From Acidobacteriota bacterium (GTDB taxonomy: Bacteria; Acidobacteriota; Terriglobia; Bryobacterales; Bryobacteraceae): a DNA stretch of 64,000 bases. Each line of letters opens with the position of its first letter. Position 1 is the stretch's first letter. Both the position numbers and the translations under genes were made by a program. This document shows, piece by piece, positions 35,850-45,177 of this stretch. The stretch spans positions 27,967 to 91,966 of the forward strand of contig JAJYLS010000001.1 of assembly GCA_021787555.1 (NCBI GenBank). Direction: 5' to 3'. Below the pieces are notes generated by a model. That model had not been told where the DNA came from. It made no database searches and saw only the letters and a program-made list of their open reading frames with translations.

Positions 35850-38800
35850 TTATGGAACCGCCGTCACCATCAGGGGCGAAGTATACGTAACGGCGCTCCC
35901 GCTGTACATCTTCAGGCGGTACTCGACAATTCTTCCCGAGATACCGGGAAGCGCAATCGTGCACCCCGATGCGCAGGGCAGCGGCGTATAGGCCTCTGTC
36001 TCGAAATAGAACGGGTTGGCCGGGTTGATCGCGCCGGCATTCGCCACGCACGCCTCCTGCCGGGCAGTGCAGTCGAACCGGCCCTCGCCATTCTCCGCGT
36101 ATCCGAACTCCACTACCGCGCCGTCCGCCCCCGCCGCGCCGGGTAGCGTCACCTTGACCGGCGCATAGGCCGCCCGGTTCACGGCATCGCGCACCATGGG
36201 CGGAACCTTGAACAGCTTTATCATCCCATCGGACGCGACCGTTGTGAACAGCCAGGATCCATCCGGAATTGTCCGCGAATTCCAATACTGTATCTGGCCG
36301 TCGTACTTCCCGAAGGAATTACTGATCGTCCGGTGCGTTTTCCCATCGGGATCGTTTGCCCCCAACTGCTGGATCGTGATCCCCTGCGTCCACCTCCATG
36401 CCGTGCTCACGCAGATGTCGTTGGGCGCCGGTGCGCTCCCCTGCAACAGCGTCCAGTCGTTCGTGCAGTACGCATTCGCGATATTGGGGGCGTTGAAATA
36501 GATGTCGCCGGCCTGCGAGCCGTCGTAGCATTCTCCCGCGTTGTACGCCATGCACCATTCGAATTGCGTGGAAGCGTCCGTCGCAAGATGCACGCCCGGC
36601 CCGGAGACCTCTCGCATTGCCCGGTTGCCGCTATGCGCGAAAAAGCCGATTTTTTTATAATTCTGCCGAACGAAGGTGCCCCGGATGCGGTAAAGCTGCC
36701 CCCCTGCCGGCGTAACCTCGGAAGCAGTCACCAGGCCGTAATCCCCCGTGTAAGGGTGATTGTTGACCACTTGTGCGTACGTTAAGGCATCCGGCGGATT
36801 TAGAATAGCAAGCGAAGGATGCGACTCCACAGAGCACGGGGTCGATGAATTCCCGGCGCAGGCCGCGCCGTTATAACCCGGAACAACTATCTGAAACACC
36901 GGATATGTGCTCGTGGTGAACCGGTCGGGTTCCATCCCCTGTTGTGTATTTATCGCGGGCCAAAACGTGGGAGAAAATGTATCCACGATACTCCACCGCC
37001 CGTATGCCGACGAATTCACATACGCCGCGTGGCCACCCCCTAGCCCCGTATCCACATACGAACTGGCATAATCGCTACTTTTGGGGTTCTTGGTATAATT
37101 CCACCACGCCGTTGCGCGGAAACCCGATGTCACCATGTCGAGTGTCCCATTCGGCTGAACCGTATCATAGCCTCGCTTTCCATTGCGGCTATACTGCCGC
37201 TGGATATACCACGTCAACCCATCGCTTCCCTTCTCCAGCAGCCGCGCCAGTTCGTAACCCGAAGAATTGCTGGAATCGATGCTTAGTAAATCGCCGGGAG
37301 CGGCGGGGAAGGACGTAGGAAACCCCGCGGTGGGCGTGTTAATCGTGGCGTCTGCCGATACCGTGATGGTACTGCACCCCTTCACCCACGACACTCCCGG
37401 CCAGTCCGTGATATAACTCCCCGCCGGTTGGCTCATGGTACACGGACTTCCCGAAGCTACCATTCCATTCGGCAGTGTCACTCGGTACACTTGAGCGTTG
37501 TCCTGATGCAGAACATGAAGCACGAGCGGCATCGAACCCGAACCAGGATCGTTCCCCGGCTCCCCCGAATGCAGCGAAGCGTAGCGTAGCGGCGATCCCG
37601 GTCCGCCGAGAAACGTCGAGGTGCTTCCCACAAAACACCCCGGCATCCCTTGATATGTCGTTCCCGTAACGGCAGGGTTATCCACACAGCCAGCGGCGCT
37701 CCCGAACCGCGCGGTCTGTGTCGCGGCGGTGGCATAGGGGTCGAATAACATCAGCCACCCAGGCCCGTTTTGAATGTCCCAACTGCCAATCAGAATCTTG
37801 CCGCTGAAAAAATCAGCGGACCAATACATCCCGCAGCACGCGGACCCGTACGTAGTCCAGTTCGGATCGAACTCAGCAATCAAGGTGTCGAGGCTGCGGT
37901 CGAAATTCGCGTCCGATGGAGTTACGTCGGTAAACCTGGTATGGGGCAGAGAAACCGAAGTTGAATTGACGTCCTGCCCGGACAAATCGGGATCGTTCCC
38001 GGCAACGTCATGGCCGCTGTATGCCGCGGCAATCAAATAGTGCTTGTTTTTATTCCATATCGCCCCATTTCCTAGACCCGGAAGAAATATATAAAACTTG
38101 TTCGGCTCCGACCGGGTAATGTCGAGCAGCGGCGCGGCAGATCCCCAGCCCCTTGCCGGTGCGTGTCGTCCGTCGTATGCCACTTGCATAAGACCCAGGA
38201 ACCTCGTTTCCCCGTCTGAAGCAATCCAGAACAGGCCAACAGAGAAAGGACCGGAGGCACGGACAGGGAGGGCGCAATGGTACCCCGATTTATTTTCGTC
38301 CGATGCTTTCACTGGCGTGGGGTGGCACCACTGCCCGAAGCCGGAAGCCATCATACTTGCCGACGCCCCTGTGAGCACATCCCCCGGCAGCAGCAAGTTT
38401 TTCACTGCCACGCCGGTATGTGGATCCACCGTACTCGCCGTTCGGTCCGTTGCCGATAGGGTCGGATACAAGTAACTTCCGGAATGGTTAGGATCGGCCG
38501 GGATCGCATCGCCGTAACCAAGCCCAGCGGGAACCGTTCCGGTCGAGAAGGCGCCGGTCGATATGCTGTTACCGCTCAGCGACGGGCAGGTGATTCGATA
38601 GTAATATGTTGTGGCGGCGGCCAGGGAGCGGCTGTAGTTATTTCCATCGCTGGCTGTTTCCACCGTCCGCCTGCCGATCGTAAATACGCGAACACGGCCA
38701 TTGGCGTAGCCTCCCGGGCGGTTATCGAAATTCGCCCCCGGGAATAACGTGCCGTTCACGTCCGGCATGAGCGGAGCGTACGTGTTAGAAGGGCTCACCT

Positions 38801-38963
38801 CGACCATGCACGGCTGATTCTCCTCGCCGCTCGGAGCGGAGTAAGTGAGGATGGCTTGTTGCGCGGTTGTGGCCAATACGCGGGCCGACGAGCGCCAGTC
38901 GCCTCGGATCTGCCCCTGAAGAGAAGCCAACAGGAAGCAGACAATCGCTACTCGATATCTCAT
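35850..38963 (-). CDS. Large (1037 aa) secreted protein of unknown function
   Basis: Uninterrupted ORF with signal peptide MRYRVAIVCFLLASLQGQIRG. Cys pairs and Gly/Thr/Ser/Tyr/Trp-rich composition are typical of beta-rich extracellular proteins. GC is lower than in its neighbours. No family motif was recognised. Confidence 0.7.
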   Translation of the reverse strand: MRYRVAIVCFLLASLQGQIRGDWRSSARVLATTAQQAILTYSAPSGEENQPCMVEVSPSNTYAPLMPDVNGTLFPGANFDNRPGGYANGRVRVFTIGRRTVETASDGNNYSRSLAAATTYYYRITCPSLSGNSISTGAFSTGTVPAGLGYGDAIPADPNHSGSYLYPTLSATDRTASTVDPHTGVAVKNLLLPGDVLTGASASMMASGFGQWCHPTPVKASDENKSGYHCALPVRASGPFSVGLFWIASDGETRFLGLMQVAYDGRHAPARGWGSAAPLLDITRSEPNKFYIFLPGLGNGAIWNKNKHYLIAAAYSGHDVAGNDPDLSGQDVNSTSVSLPHTRFTDVTPSDANFDRSLDTLIAEFDPNWTTYGSACCGMYWSADFFSGKILIGSWDIQNGPGWLMLFDPYATAATQTARFGSAAGCVDNPAVTGTTYQGMPGCFVGSTSTFLGGPGSPLRYASLHSGEPGNDPGSGSMPLVLHVLHQDNAQVYRVTLPNGMVASGSPCTMSQPAGSYITDWPGVSWVKGCSTITVSADATINTPTAGFPTSFPAAPGDLLSIDSSNSSGYELARLLEKGSDGLTWYIQRQYSRNGKRGYDTVQPNGTLDMVTSGFRATAWWNYTKNPKSSDYASSYVDTGLGGGHAAYVNSSAYGRWSIVDTFSPTFWPAINTQQGMEPDRFTTSTYPVFQIVVPGYNGAACAGNSSTPCSVESHPSLAILNPPDALTYAQVVNNHPYTGDYGLVTASEVTPAGGQLYRIRGTFVRQNYKKIGFFAHSGNRAMREVSGPGVHLATDASTQFEWCMAYNAGECYDGSQAGDIYFNAPNIANAYCTNDWTLLQGSAPAPNDICVSTAWRWTQGITIQQLGANDPDGKTHRTISNSFGKYDGQIQYWNSRTIPDGSWLFTTVASDGMIKLFKVPPMVRDAVNRAAYAPVKVTLPGAAGADGAVVEFGYAENGEGRFDCTARQEACVANAGAINPANPFYFETEAYTPLPCASGCTIALPGISGRIVEYRLKMYSGSAVTYTSPLMVTAVP

Positions 38964-39008
38964 TCCATTTGCCTTTCACATCCTCAGTGAGACATTATCG
39001 CACGGTGT

Positions 39009-41453
39009 TCAGTAGTGGCAGCCAATGATCGCTTGCCCCTGAAAGGCAACCCAAGTGTCAGGGGGAAGCGCGATCGAGGGATTGAGCAGGCCATTAGTCG
39101 ATGCGCTGCCAGCCGTGCCGCCAAATAGATAGCCGGCATTTTCATAGGGTGCGTATTCCGTCTTTGCGACGGTGGCATTACCGGTAAATAGGGCGTAGCG
39201 CTTACCGGCTGTGATCGTCACAGGCGCCCCGGCTATGGGGCAGGATGCGTAACCCGTGGCGGTAAGGTTGATCCCGTGGCCGCCACTGCCAGCGCAATGC
39301 GCCAGGATATTGCCCGAGGCGTCGGCGATGCCGATATCGTAGTAATCGGTGGAGGTCGGATCGGCGGTATAGACATAGAAATCCAGGGTATTGCACTTCA
39401 GTGTCTGGTCTACGATCAGGCCGAACACGGCGGCGCTGTTGGGGGCAGCCAGGCCAAGGGAATTAGTGGAGATGCCGCCGGCACGAGGGTTTTCCCAGAC
39501 AGTAAGCGCCGGCATATCGGCTTGGCTCATCTGGCTACCATAGTTCTCCGGCCCGAATAAGTCGACCCTGCCCAGGCTGCCGGCAGTTACTGCGTCCAGC
39601 CAGATGCCGATAACCTGTTTGGAAATGTCGATTCCGGCGGTGGAGGTGGCCCCCGAATCGCGGCAGGCGCCGGGGGTGGTGCTGCCCACGATGGCCCGGT
39701 CATTGACGGCCGTGGCATTATCCGCCACACAGGAGACGACACCGCGCGTCGCGACTTCCGTGGCGGCTCCGGTGGTTGCCGTGGAAACGCAAACCCCCAG
39801 AATTCCGGTATCGCCGGCAGCGGGCAGGACAACGCTGCCGGCCGAATCGGTTTTGCAGAGCATGTTGGCGGTGACACCTCCCGCGCCGGCGGTTTTGGTG
39901 CTGCTGAGGTAGCCCGTCCCGAGCGAGGTATTGGGAAGGGATAGGCCGGCAGCGGCGCTCGTGCAGTTGGCGCTGCCGTTGGCGCCAATGCCGGTGGCGA
40001 AGGAGTTGGGCGGACACTGGACCGGCGTGGAGGCCAGGGCGGTGGCCGTGGGGGCGTTGTAACCGCTGGGCATATCCGCGGGCACCAGCGCGCGAAAGAC
40101 CGGCGGCGCGGCCGAGCCGTTGCCTGGGCCGGCGAAAACGGCATTGGCGTTCTGATTGGCCAGCGTCCCGGTGAGCGTGCCGCTACCGGTGATGGGCGAC
40201 CCGGAAACGGAAAACATATCGGGCAGTGAAAGACCGACGCTGGTGACGGTGCCACCGCCGCCGCCGCCGCCCGGGCTGGCGCAGACGCCGTCGGCGCCCA
40301 GAAACGAGCCGGCGGAACAGGTGCCGCTCCAGAGTGCGGTCACGTCGGAGTATCCGGCCGGAACGGCATTACCGGCGCTGCCCTTCAGCAGGCCGGAACC
40401 GCCAATGGAGGGGATGGCGGGCCAGGCAGACGGAGCACCACTGATGGCGGTCTGATAGCCGGTGAAATCGATCCAGCCCTGCGCCAACTTGCCGTTAGTG
40501 CCGGCCTTGGGAATGCCAAAAGGGGAGGATGTGGCGGTGGCGATCTCGTCGCTCCCGCCGTTCTGGTGGGTGGCGGCGTGGGGGGAGGGAGTGAACCGGG
40601 ACGGCACCCCGGCGAGGCTCGACCAGGGATATCCGCCAGGCAGGTCGCCGGAGACGAGCGGGCGCAGCGCCGCGGCATCCACGTTGGAGCCCGAGGAATC
40701 GGTGGCGAGAACCTGGTGGGGCGCGCCGCTGGGCACCGAATTCGCCGGATTGGACGAGAGGTTGACGGTCCAGTCCGCGTAAGTCCCGGCACCGGCGGTG
40801 GTGCTCACATTGACCGCGAGGGTGGTGCCAGAGTAGGAACTGACGACACCGAACATCCACGCCCCGCTGCTGACGGACGTGATCACAACCGAGGCACCGG
40901 GGGAATAGGCCAGGCCGGACTGCGTGGTCAGGGTCCGGGAACCGGTGCCGACGGTGAGGCTGGTGCTCGACGTCGCCGCGTATCCCGGCGGGGTGTTGGT
41001 GACTCCCGGCCAAGCCGGATCTATAGCCAGGGTACAGGTATTGGCTGTGCACACCATGAGCAGGCCAGTACCGGGGACCAGCGCCGAATCGGCAGGCGTC
41101 CAGGTGTCGGCCGAAGTGCACTGGTACAGGCCGGGAGTTCCCGAGGTGAGATAGACCACTCGCGGATCGGTAGAAGGCGAGCAGGTATCCGGCAAACTGG
41201 AGACGGTGCTGAACACGCCGGCAAAGGCATCCCCTTGCAGCGTCCAGACATCGGCGGCGGTGCAGAGGTAGAGGTTCTGGCCAGGAGTGTTGTCGGTCTT
41301 GACGAACAAATCGCCCACGGCGCAGGTTCCGGGCAACGCCGTTCCTGTTTTCATGGGGTTTCTCCCCTGGGTTTGAAGATCGATGCGAGTTTGAGCGGAT
41401 GCGGCCAGGGCGGCCAGACACACGTATTGCGCGACACGTTTCAAGAGGATCAT
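39009..41453 (-). CDS. Secreted phage-tail-fibre-like protein (814 aa)
   Basis: Signal peptide MILLKRVAQYVCLAALAASAQT. A duplicated N-terminal motif is present: TCAVGDLFVKTDNTPGQNLYLCTAADVWT and TCSPSTDPRVVYLTSGTPGLYQCTSADTWT. HAATHQNGGSDEI...IPKAGTNGKLAQGWI, GGGGGGTVTSVGLSLPDMFSVSGSPITGSGTLTGTLANQNANAVFAGPGNGSAAPPVFRALVPADMP are blocks I recall from phage/prophage tail-fibre proteins. Confidence 0.7.
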   Translation of the reverse strand: MILLKRVAQYVCLAALAASAQTRIDLQTQGRNPMKTGTALPGTCAVGDLFVKTDNTPGQNLYLCTAADVWTLQGDAFAGVFSTVSSLPDTCSPSTDPRVVYLTSGTPGLYQCTSADTWTPADSALVPGTGLLMVCTANTCTLAIDPAWPGVTNTPPGYAATSSTSLTVGTGSRTLTTQSGLAYSPGASVVITSVSSGAWMFGVVSSYSGTTLAVNVSTTAGAGTYADWTVNLSSNPANSVPSGAPHQVLATDSSGSNVDAAALRPLVSGDLPGGYPWSSLAGVPSRFTPSPHAATHQNGGSDEIATATSSPFGIPKAGTNGKLAQGWIDFTGYQTAISGAPSAWPAIPSIGGSGLLKGSAGNAVPAGYSDVTALWSGTCSAGSFLGADGVCASPGGGGGGGTVTSVGLSLPDMFSVSGSPITGSGTLTGTLANQNANAVFAGPGNGSAAPPVFRALVPADMPSGYNAPTATALASTPVQCPPNSFATGIGANGSANCTSAAAGLSLPNTSLGTGYLSSTKTAGAGGVTANMLCKTDSAGSVVLPAAGDTGILGVCVSTATTGAATEVATRGVVSCVADNATAVNDRAIVGSTTPGACRDSGATSTAGIDISKQVIGIWLDAVTAGSLGRVDLFGPENYGSQMSQADMPALTVWENPRAGGISTNSLGLAAPNSAAVFGLIVDQTLKCNTLDFYVYTADPTSTDYYDIGIADASGNILAHCAGSGGHGINLTATGYASCPIAGAPVTITAGKRYALFTGNATVAKTEYAPYENAGYLFGGTAGSASTNGLLNPSIALPPDTWVAFQGQAIIGCHY

Positions 41454-41762
41454 GGTGAATTCCTTGGAAGGCAGGACAGGCGCGCCAGAGGGAAGCGTTC
41501 ATTTCCCCGCAAGCCTACTCTCAATTTCACATTACCAAACGGGAGATCTTATACAACACCGCGGGACCTGTAAGTTATTGAAAAGCGAAACAGAAAAAAA
41601 CTTCAAAAACACGTGACCGCTTTTTCTTCACTCTCCCGGCCGAGCGGAATGCGCCCGGCAGTTTGGGTTCGCACCGCACATTCGGCCATGCCGGAGGGTA
41701 AGTTCGAGGACAAGTGTATGCCGCAGATCAAGCAGGACTTATGAACATAATAGTAACTTCGA

Positions 41763-41782
41763 CACAGGCTCGATAACCTGTG
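41763..41782. promoter_or_regulatory. Short inverted repeat CACAGG-N8-CCTGTG immediately upstream of the ligase-like gene start
   Basis: Seen directly. It ends 5 nt before the ATG at 41788, inside a 334-bp AT-richer divergent intergenic region. Function is unknown. Confidence 0.25.
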
Positions 41783-41787
41783 CCACT

Positions 41788-43131
41788 ATGAAGCCGAATC
41801 CGATCCAAACCATCGGGCTGGGGACCCTGGTTCCGTATTTATTCGTCCTATACAGCCGGATATTCGACGTCAAGTTCTCGTGGCTGCACATTCCGATGCT
41901 GCTCTCGACGCTGCTGCTGGTGCTGAGCGCGGTGAGCATGCAGCTTTTCGGGGTGATGTCGCGGACGCGGATCGGCCGCTACCTGGGATGGTTCACAGTT
42001 TGGGCGCTGGTCGGGGTCCCCTTCAGCGTGTGGCGCACGGGAGCCATGGTTCAGGCAACGCAGGTGTGGCCGCGGGCGCTGTTGGTGTTCATCGCGGTGG
42101 GATGCACGGTGACGTCGCTGGCGGGAGTGCGGCGGGCGATTTTCACGCTGGGATTCGCGGTCGTGATTCTGGGGGTGATCAGCCGGATCTGGGGCGAGAT
42201 GCAAGACGGGCGGCTGTTTCTGCCGCAGGGGAAATTCGAGAACCCGAACGACCTGGCGCAGGCGGTGCTGATGGGGTTTCCTTTTCTGCTGTTCATCGTG
42301 ATGGAAGGAAACAACCTGATGAGGTTTCTGGTGTTTTTGGGGGCGATTCCACTGTTCCAGGCGTTGATCCGCACGGGCTCGCGCGGCGGAATGCTGGGAA
42401 TGATCGTCATTCTGTTGTTCGTCTTCTTCCGGTGTTCGCTGGGCGGGAAGATGCTGGCGCTGACTGGCGGGCTTGCGGTGCTGTTGATCACCATGGCAGT
42501 GCTGCCGGAGAGCCTGTTGCAGCGCTACGTCACGCTGTTTCATGCGGGGCCCAGCGCGGCCATGCAATCCAGCGGGTGCCCGACTTGCGTGATGCACCAG
42601 GAAGAGATGGCCGCGGGATCCGCCAACGAGCGTTACCAGTTGCTGAAAGAGAGCATTACCATGTCCCTGGAGAACCCGATTTTCGGGGTGGGGATGGGAC
42701 AATTCCCGGTGGCCAGAGGAATGGACGCCGACCGGCAGGGGATCCACATCCCCTGGCGGGTGTCGCACAATTCGTACACCGAGGTATCCAGCGAAACCGG
42801 CCTGCTGGGGCTGATCCTTTACATGACGTCGTTTTTCGGCTGCATCGGGATGTGCTGGCGACTTGGAAGGTTCGCCGAGGCCCGGGCCCACCCGCAATGG
42901 AAGCTGATTTCGCGGGTGACGTTCTGCCTGCAAATGTCGCTGCTGAGCTACGCAGTAACGAGTTTCTTCGCGAGCGTGGCGTACCAGCAGTATTTTCCGA
43001 CGCTGGCGGGGCTGACGGTGGCGCTGATGCAGGCCGTGGAGCCGGAATACAAGAAATGGAAGCGGCAGACGGAAGCGGCGGCGCAGGCGCCCCTCGATTT
43101 CCAGCGGCGGCGCGTGCTGAGAGCGGCATAG
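41788..43131 (+). CDS. O-antigen ligase/Wzy-like polymerase family membrane protein, paralogue A
   Basis: About 10 TM segments. RTGSRGGMLGMIVILLF, and the periplasmic-loop region HIPWRVSHNSYTEVSSETGLLGLILYM matches the Wzy_C/O-antigen ligase signature (H-N-x-Y...E.G). Confidence 0.85.
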   Translation: MKPNPIQTIGLGTLVPYLFVLYSRIFDVKFSWLHIPMLLSTLLLVLSAVSMQLFGVMSRTRIGRYLGWFTVWALVGVPFSVWRTGAMVQATQVWPRALLVFIAVGCTVTSLAGVRRAIFTLGFAVVILGVISRIWGEMQDGRLFLPQGKFENPNDLAQAVLMGFPFLLFIVMEGNNLMRFLVFLGAIPLFQALIRTGSRGGMLGMIVILLFVFFRCSLGGKMLALTGGLAVLLITMAVLPESLLQRYVTLFHAGPSAAMQSSGCPTCVMHQEEMAAGSANERYQLLKESITMSLENPIFGVGMGQFPVARGMDADRQGIHIPWRVSHNSYTEVSSETGLLGLILYMTSFFGCIGMCWRLGRFAEARAHPQWKLISRVTFCLQMSLLSYAVTSFFASVAYQQYFPTLAGLTVALMQAVEPEYKKWKRQTEAAAQAPLDFQRRRVLRAA

Positions 43132-43176
43132 GAGAAGGCGCAGAGCGCAGGAGGCCTGTGCCACAATGAGAGGCGC

Positions 43177-45177
43177 ATGTGCGGGATTGCGGGATTTGTG
43201 AATGTGGAAGCGAGCGACGCGCCGGCGGCGGTCGTGGAGCGGATGAGCGCGACGATCCGGCACCGTGGACCGGATGCATTCGGGTTCTATCGCGATGAGT
43301 ACGCGGCGCTGGGACACCGGCGGCTGAGCATCATCGACGTGAGCGCGGGGGCACAGCCGATGTACAACGAGGACGGGAACCTCGTAATCGTTTATAACGG
43401 TGAAATCTTCAATCACGCGGCGCTGCGGCCGGCGCTCGAAGCGGCGGGGCACCGGTACACGACGCGGTGCGACACGGAAACCATCCTGCACGCGTACGAG
43501 CAGCACGGGCCGGATTGCGTAGCGGACTTTCGCGGGATGTTCTCCTTCGCCATCTGGAACAAGCAGACGCGGACGCTTTTCTGCGCGCGGGACCGGGTGG
43601 GGAAGAAGCCCTTCTATTACTACTGGGACGGGCGGGTGTTCGTATTCGGGTCGGAGATCAAGGCGATCCTGGAACACCCGGCGGTGGCACCGCGGATCGA
43701 GGAAAGCCTGCTGGCGGAGTACCTGGCATTCGGATATGTCAGCGAAGAGCGGACCCTGTTCGCGGGGATCAGGAAGCTGATGCCGGGGCACTGGCTGCGC
43801 CTATCGGCGCGGCAGGAGCCAGGCGGGGTATCCGCCGCTTCCGCGGGCAGGGGTCGAGGAGCCGGGCTGGAGATTCAGCAGTATTGGGAGCTTCCGACGC
43901 CGGGGACAAGCGCGACGCAGGTGGAGCCGCGGAGCGAGCGGCTATGGATCGCGGAATGCCGCAGCCGGCTGGAAGAGACCGTGCGGATGCGTCTGATGAG
44001 CGACGTTCCGCTGGGAATGTTTCTGAGCGGGGGGGTGGATTCGAGCACCATCGCGGCGATCATCCGGCGGCAGGCCTCGGGGCCGGTGAAGACGTTCGCG
44101 GTAGGATACGGCGAGGCGGCCTACAGCGAACTGGAATACGCGCAGTACGTGGCCAAGAGCATAGGGACGGAGCACCACGAGGTGGTCGTGGGGATGGAGG
44201 AGTTTTTCAACGCTCTGCCGATGCTGGTGTGGCACGAAGACGAGCCGATTACGTGGCCGTCGAGCGTATCGCTGTACTTCGTTTCCAAGCTGGCGGCGAA
44301 AGAGGTGAAGGTGGTGCTGACGGGCGAGGGCAGCGACGAACTGTTCGCGGGCTACGACCGCTACCGGTTCTACCTGTGGAACCAGCAATGGGCGCAGTAT
44401 TACGGCGTAGTGCCGGCGGCGCTGCGACGGGCCATCCGGAAGCGGGTGGCGGAGACGCGGCTGCTCTCGGCCACGCTGCGGAGAAAGGTGCAGCATACGT
44501 TCGTGGGGCGGGGCGAGGGGCTGGAATCGCTCTACCTGGATAATTTCTATTGCGCGTTCGGGCACGAGGAGATTCCGCTGAAAGGCACCCCAGGCCGGGA
44601 GGCCTGTGCCACGTTCCGTCATTACTGGGATGAGCGCGGCGGGGCTTCGATGCTGGGGCGGATGCTCTACGCCGATCAGAAGACGTACCTGGTGGAGCTG
44701 TTGATGAAACAGGACCAGATGAGCATGGCCTCCTCGATCGAAAGCCGCGTGCCGTTTCTGGACCATCTGCTGGTGGAGTTCGCGGCGGGGGTTCCCGACC
44801 ATTTGAAGATCCACAACGGGGTGGGCAAGTACATCGTCAAGAAAGCCGCCGAGGACCTGATTCCGCGGGAGATCATCTACCGGAAGAAGATGGGCTTTCC
44901 GACGCCGCTGCGGCAATGGCTGCTGGAGGACCGGGCGACGCCGCTACTGAAGATGCTGGGGCGGAAGGACGGGTTGATCGCGGAATACCTCGACAGGGCG
45001 GCGGTTGCGAAGCTGCTTGAGCAGTACCGCGCGGGGCACATCGACGCCACGGACCGGATCTGGCGGCTGCTGAACCTGCAATTGTGGGGCGATCTTTACT
45101 TCACCGGCCGGCGCGAAGAGATCTGGGACGGGTTGATGAAAACGCAGACAGGCACGAATGCCTGCGCGACCCGATGA
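43177..45177 (+). CDS. asnB: Asparagine synthetase B-type glutamine-dependent amidotransferase
   Basis: Starts MCGIAGF with the N-terminal nucleophile Cys2. HRGPD, ...GEIFNH..., and the PP-loop SGGVDSS in LSGGVDSSTIAA are present. 666 aa. Confidence 0.9.
   Translation: MCGIAGFVNVEASDAPAAVVERMSATIRHRGPDAFGFYRDEYAALGHRRLSIIDVSAGAQPMYNEDGNLVIVYNGEIFNHAALRPALEAAGHRYTTRCDTETILHAYEQHGPDCVADFRGMFSFAIWNKQTRTLFCARDRVGKKPFYYYWDGRVFVFGSEIKAILEHPAVAPRIEESLLAEYLAFGYVSEERTLFAGIRKLMPGHWLRLSARQEPGGVSAASAGRGRGAGLEIQQYWELPTPGTSATQVEPRSERLWIAECRSRLEETVRMRLMSDVPLGMFLSGGVDSSTIAAIIRRQASGPVKTFAVGYGEAAYSELEYAQYVAKSIGTEHHEVVVGMEEFFNALPMLVWHEDEPITWPSSVSLYFVSKLAAKEVKVVLTGEGSDELFAGYDRYRFYLWNQQWAQYYGVVPAALRRAIRKRVAETRLLSATLRRKVQHTFVGRGEGLESLYLDNFYCAFGHEEIPLKGTPGREACATFRHYWDERGGASMLGRMLYADQKTYLVELLMKQDQMSMASSIESRVPFLDHLLVEFAAGVPDHLKIHNGVGKYIVKKAAEDLIPREIIYRKKMGFPTPLRQWLLEDRATPLLKMLGRKDGLIAEYLDRAAVAKLLEQYRAGHIDATDRIWRLLNLQLWGDLYFTGRREEIWDGLMKTQTGTNACATR

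Noticed and set aside
41848-43791. 647-aa minus-strand ORF spanning the ligase-like and asnB genes
   Set aside because: It is an Arg/Pro/His/Gln-rich nonsense-like sequence. It crosses an intergenic gap and lies antisense to two genes with strong family motifs.
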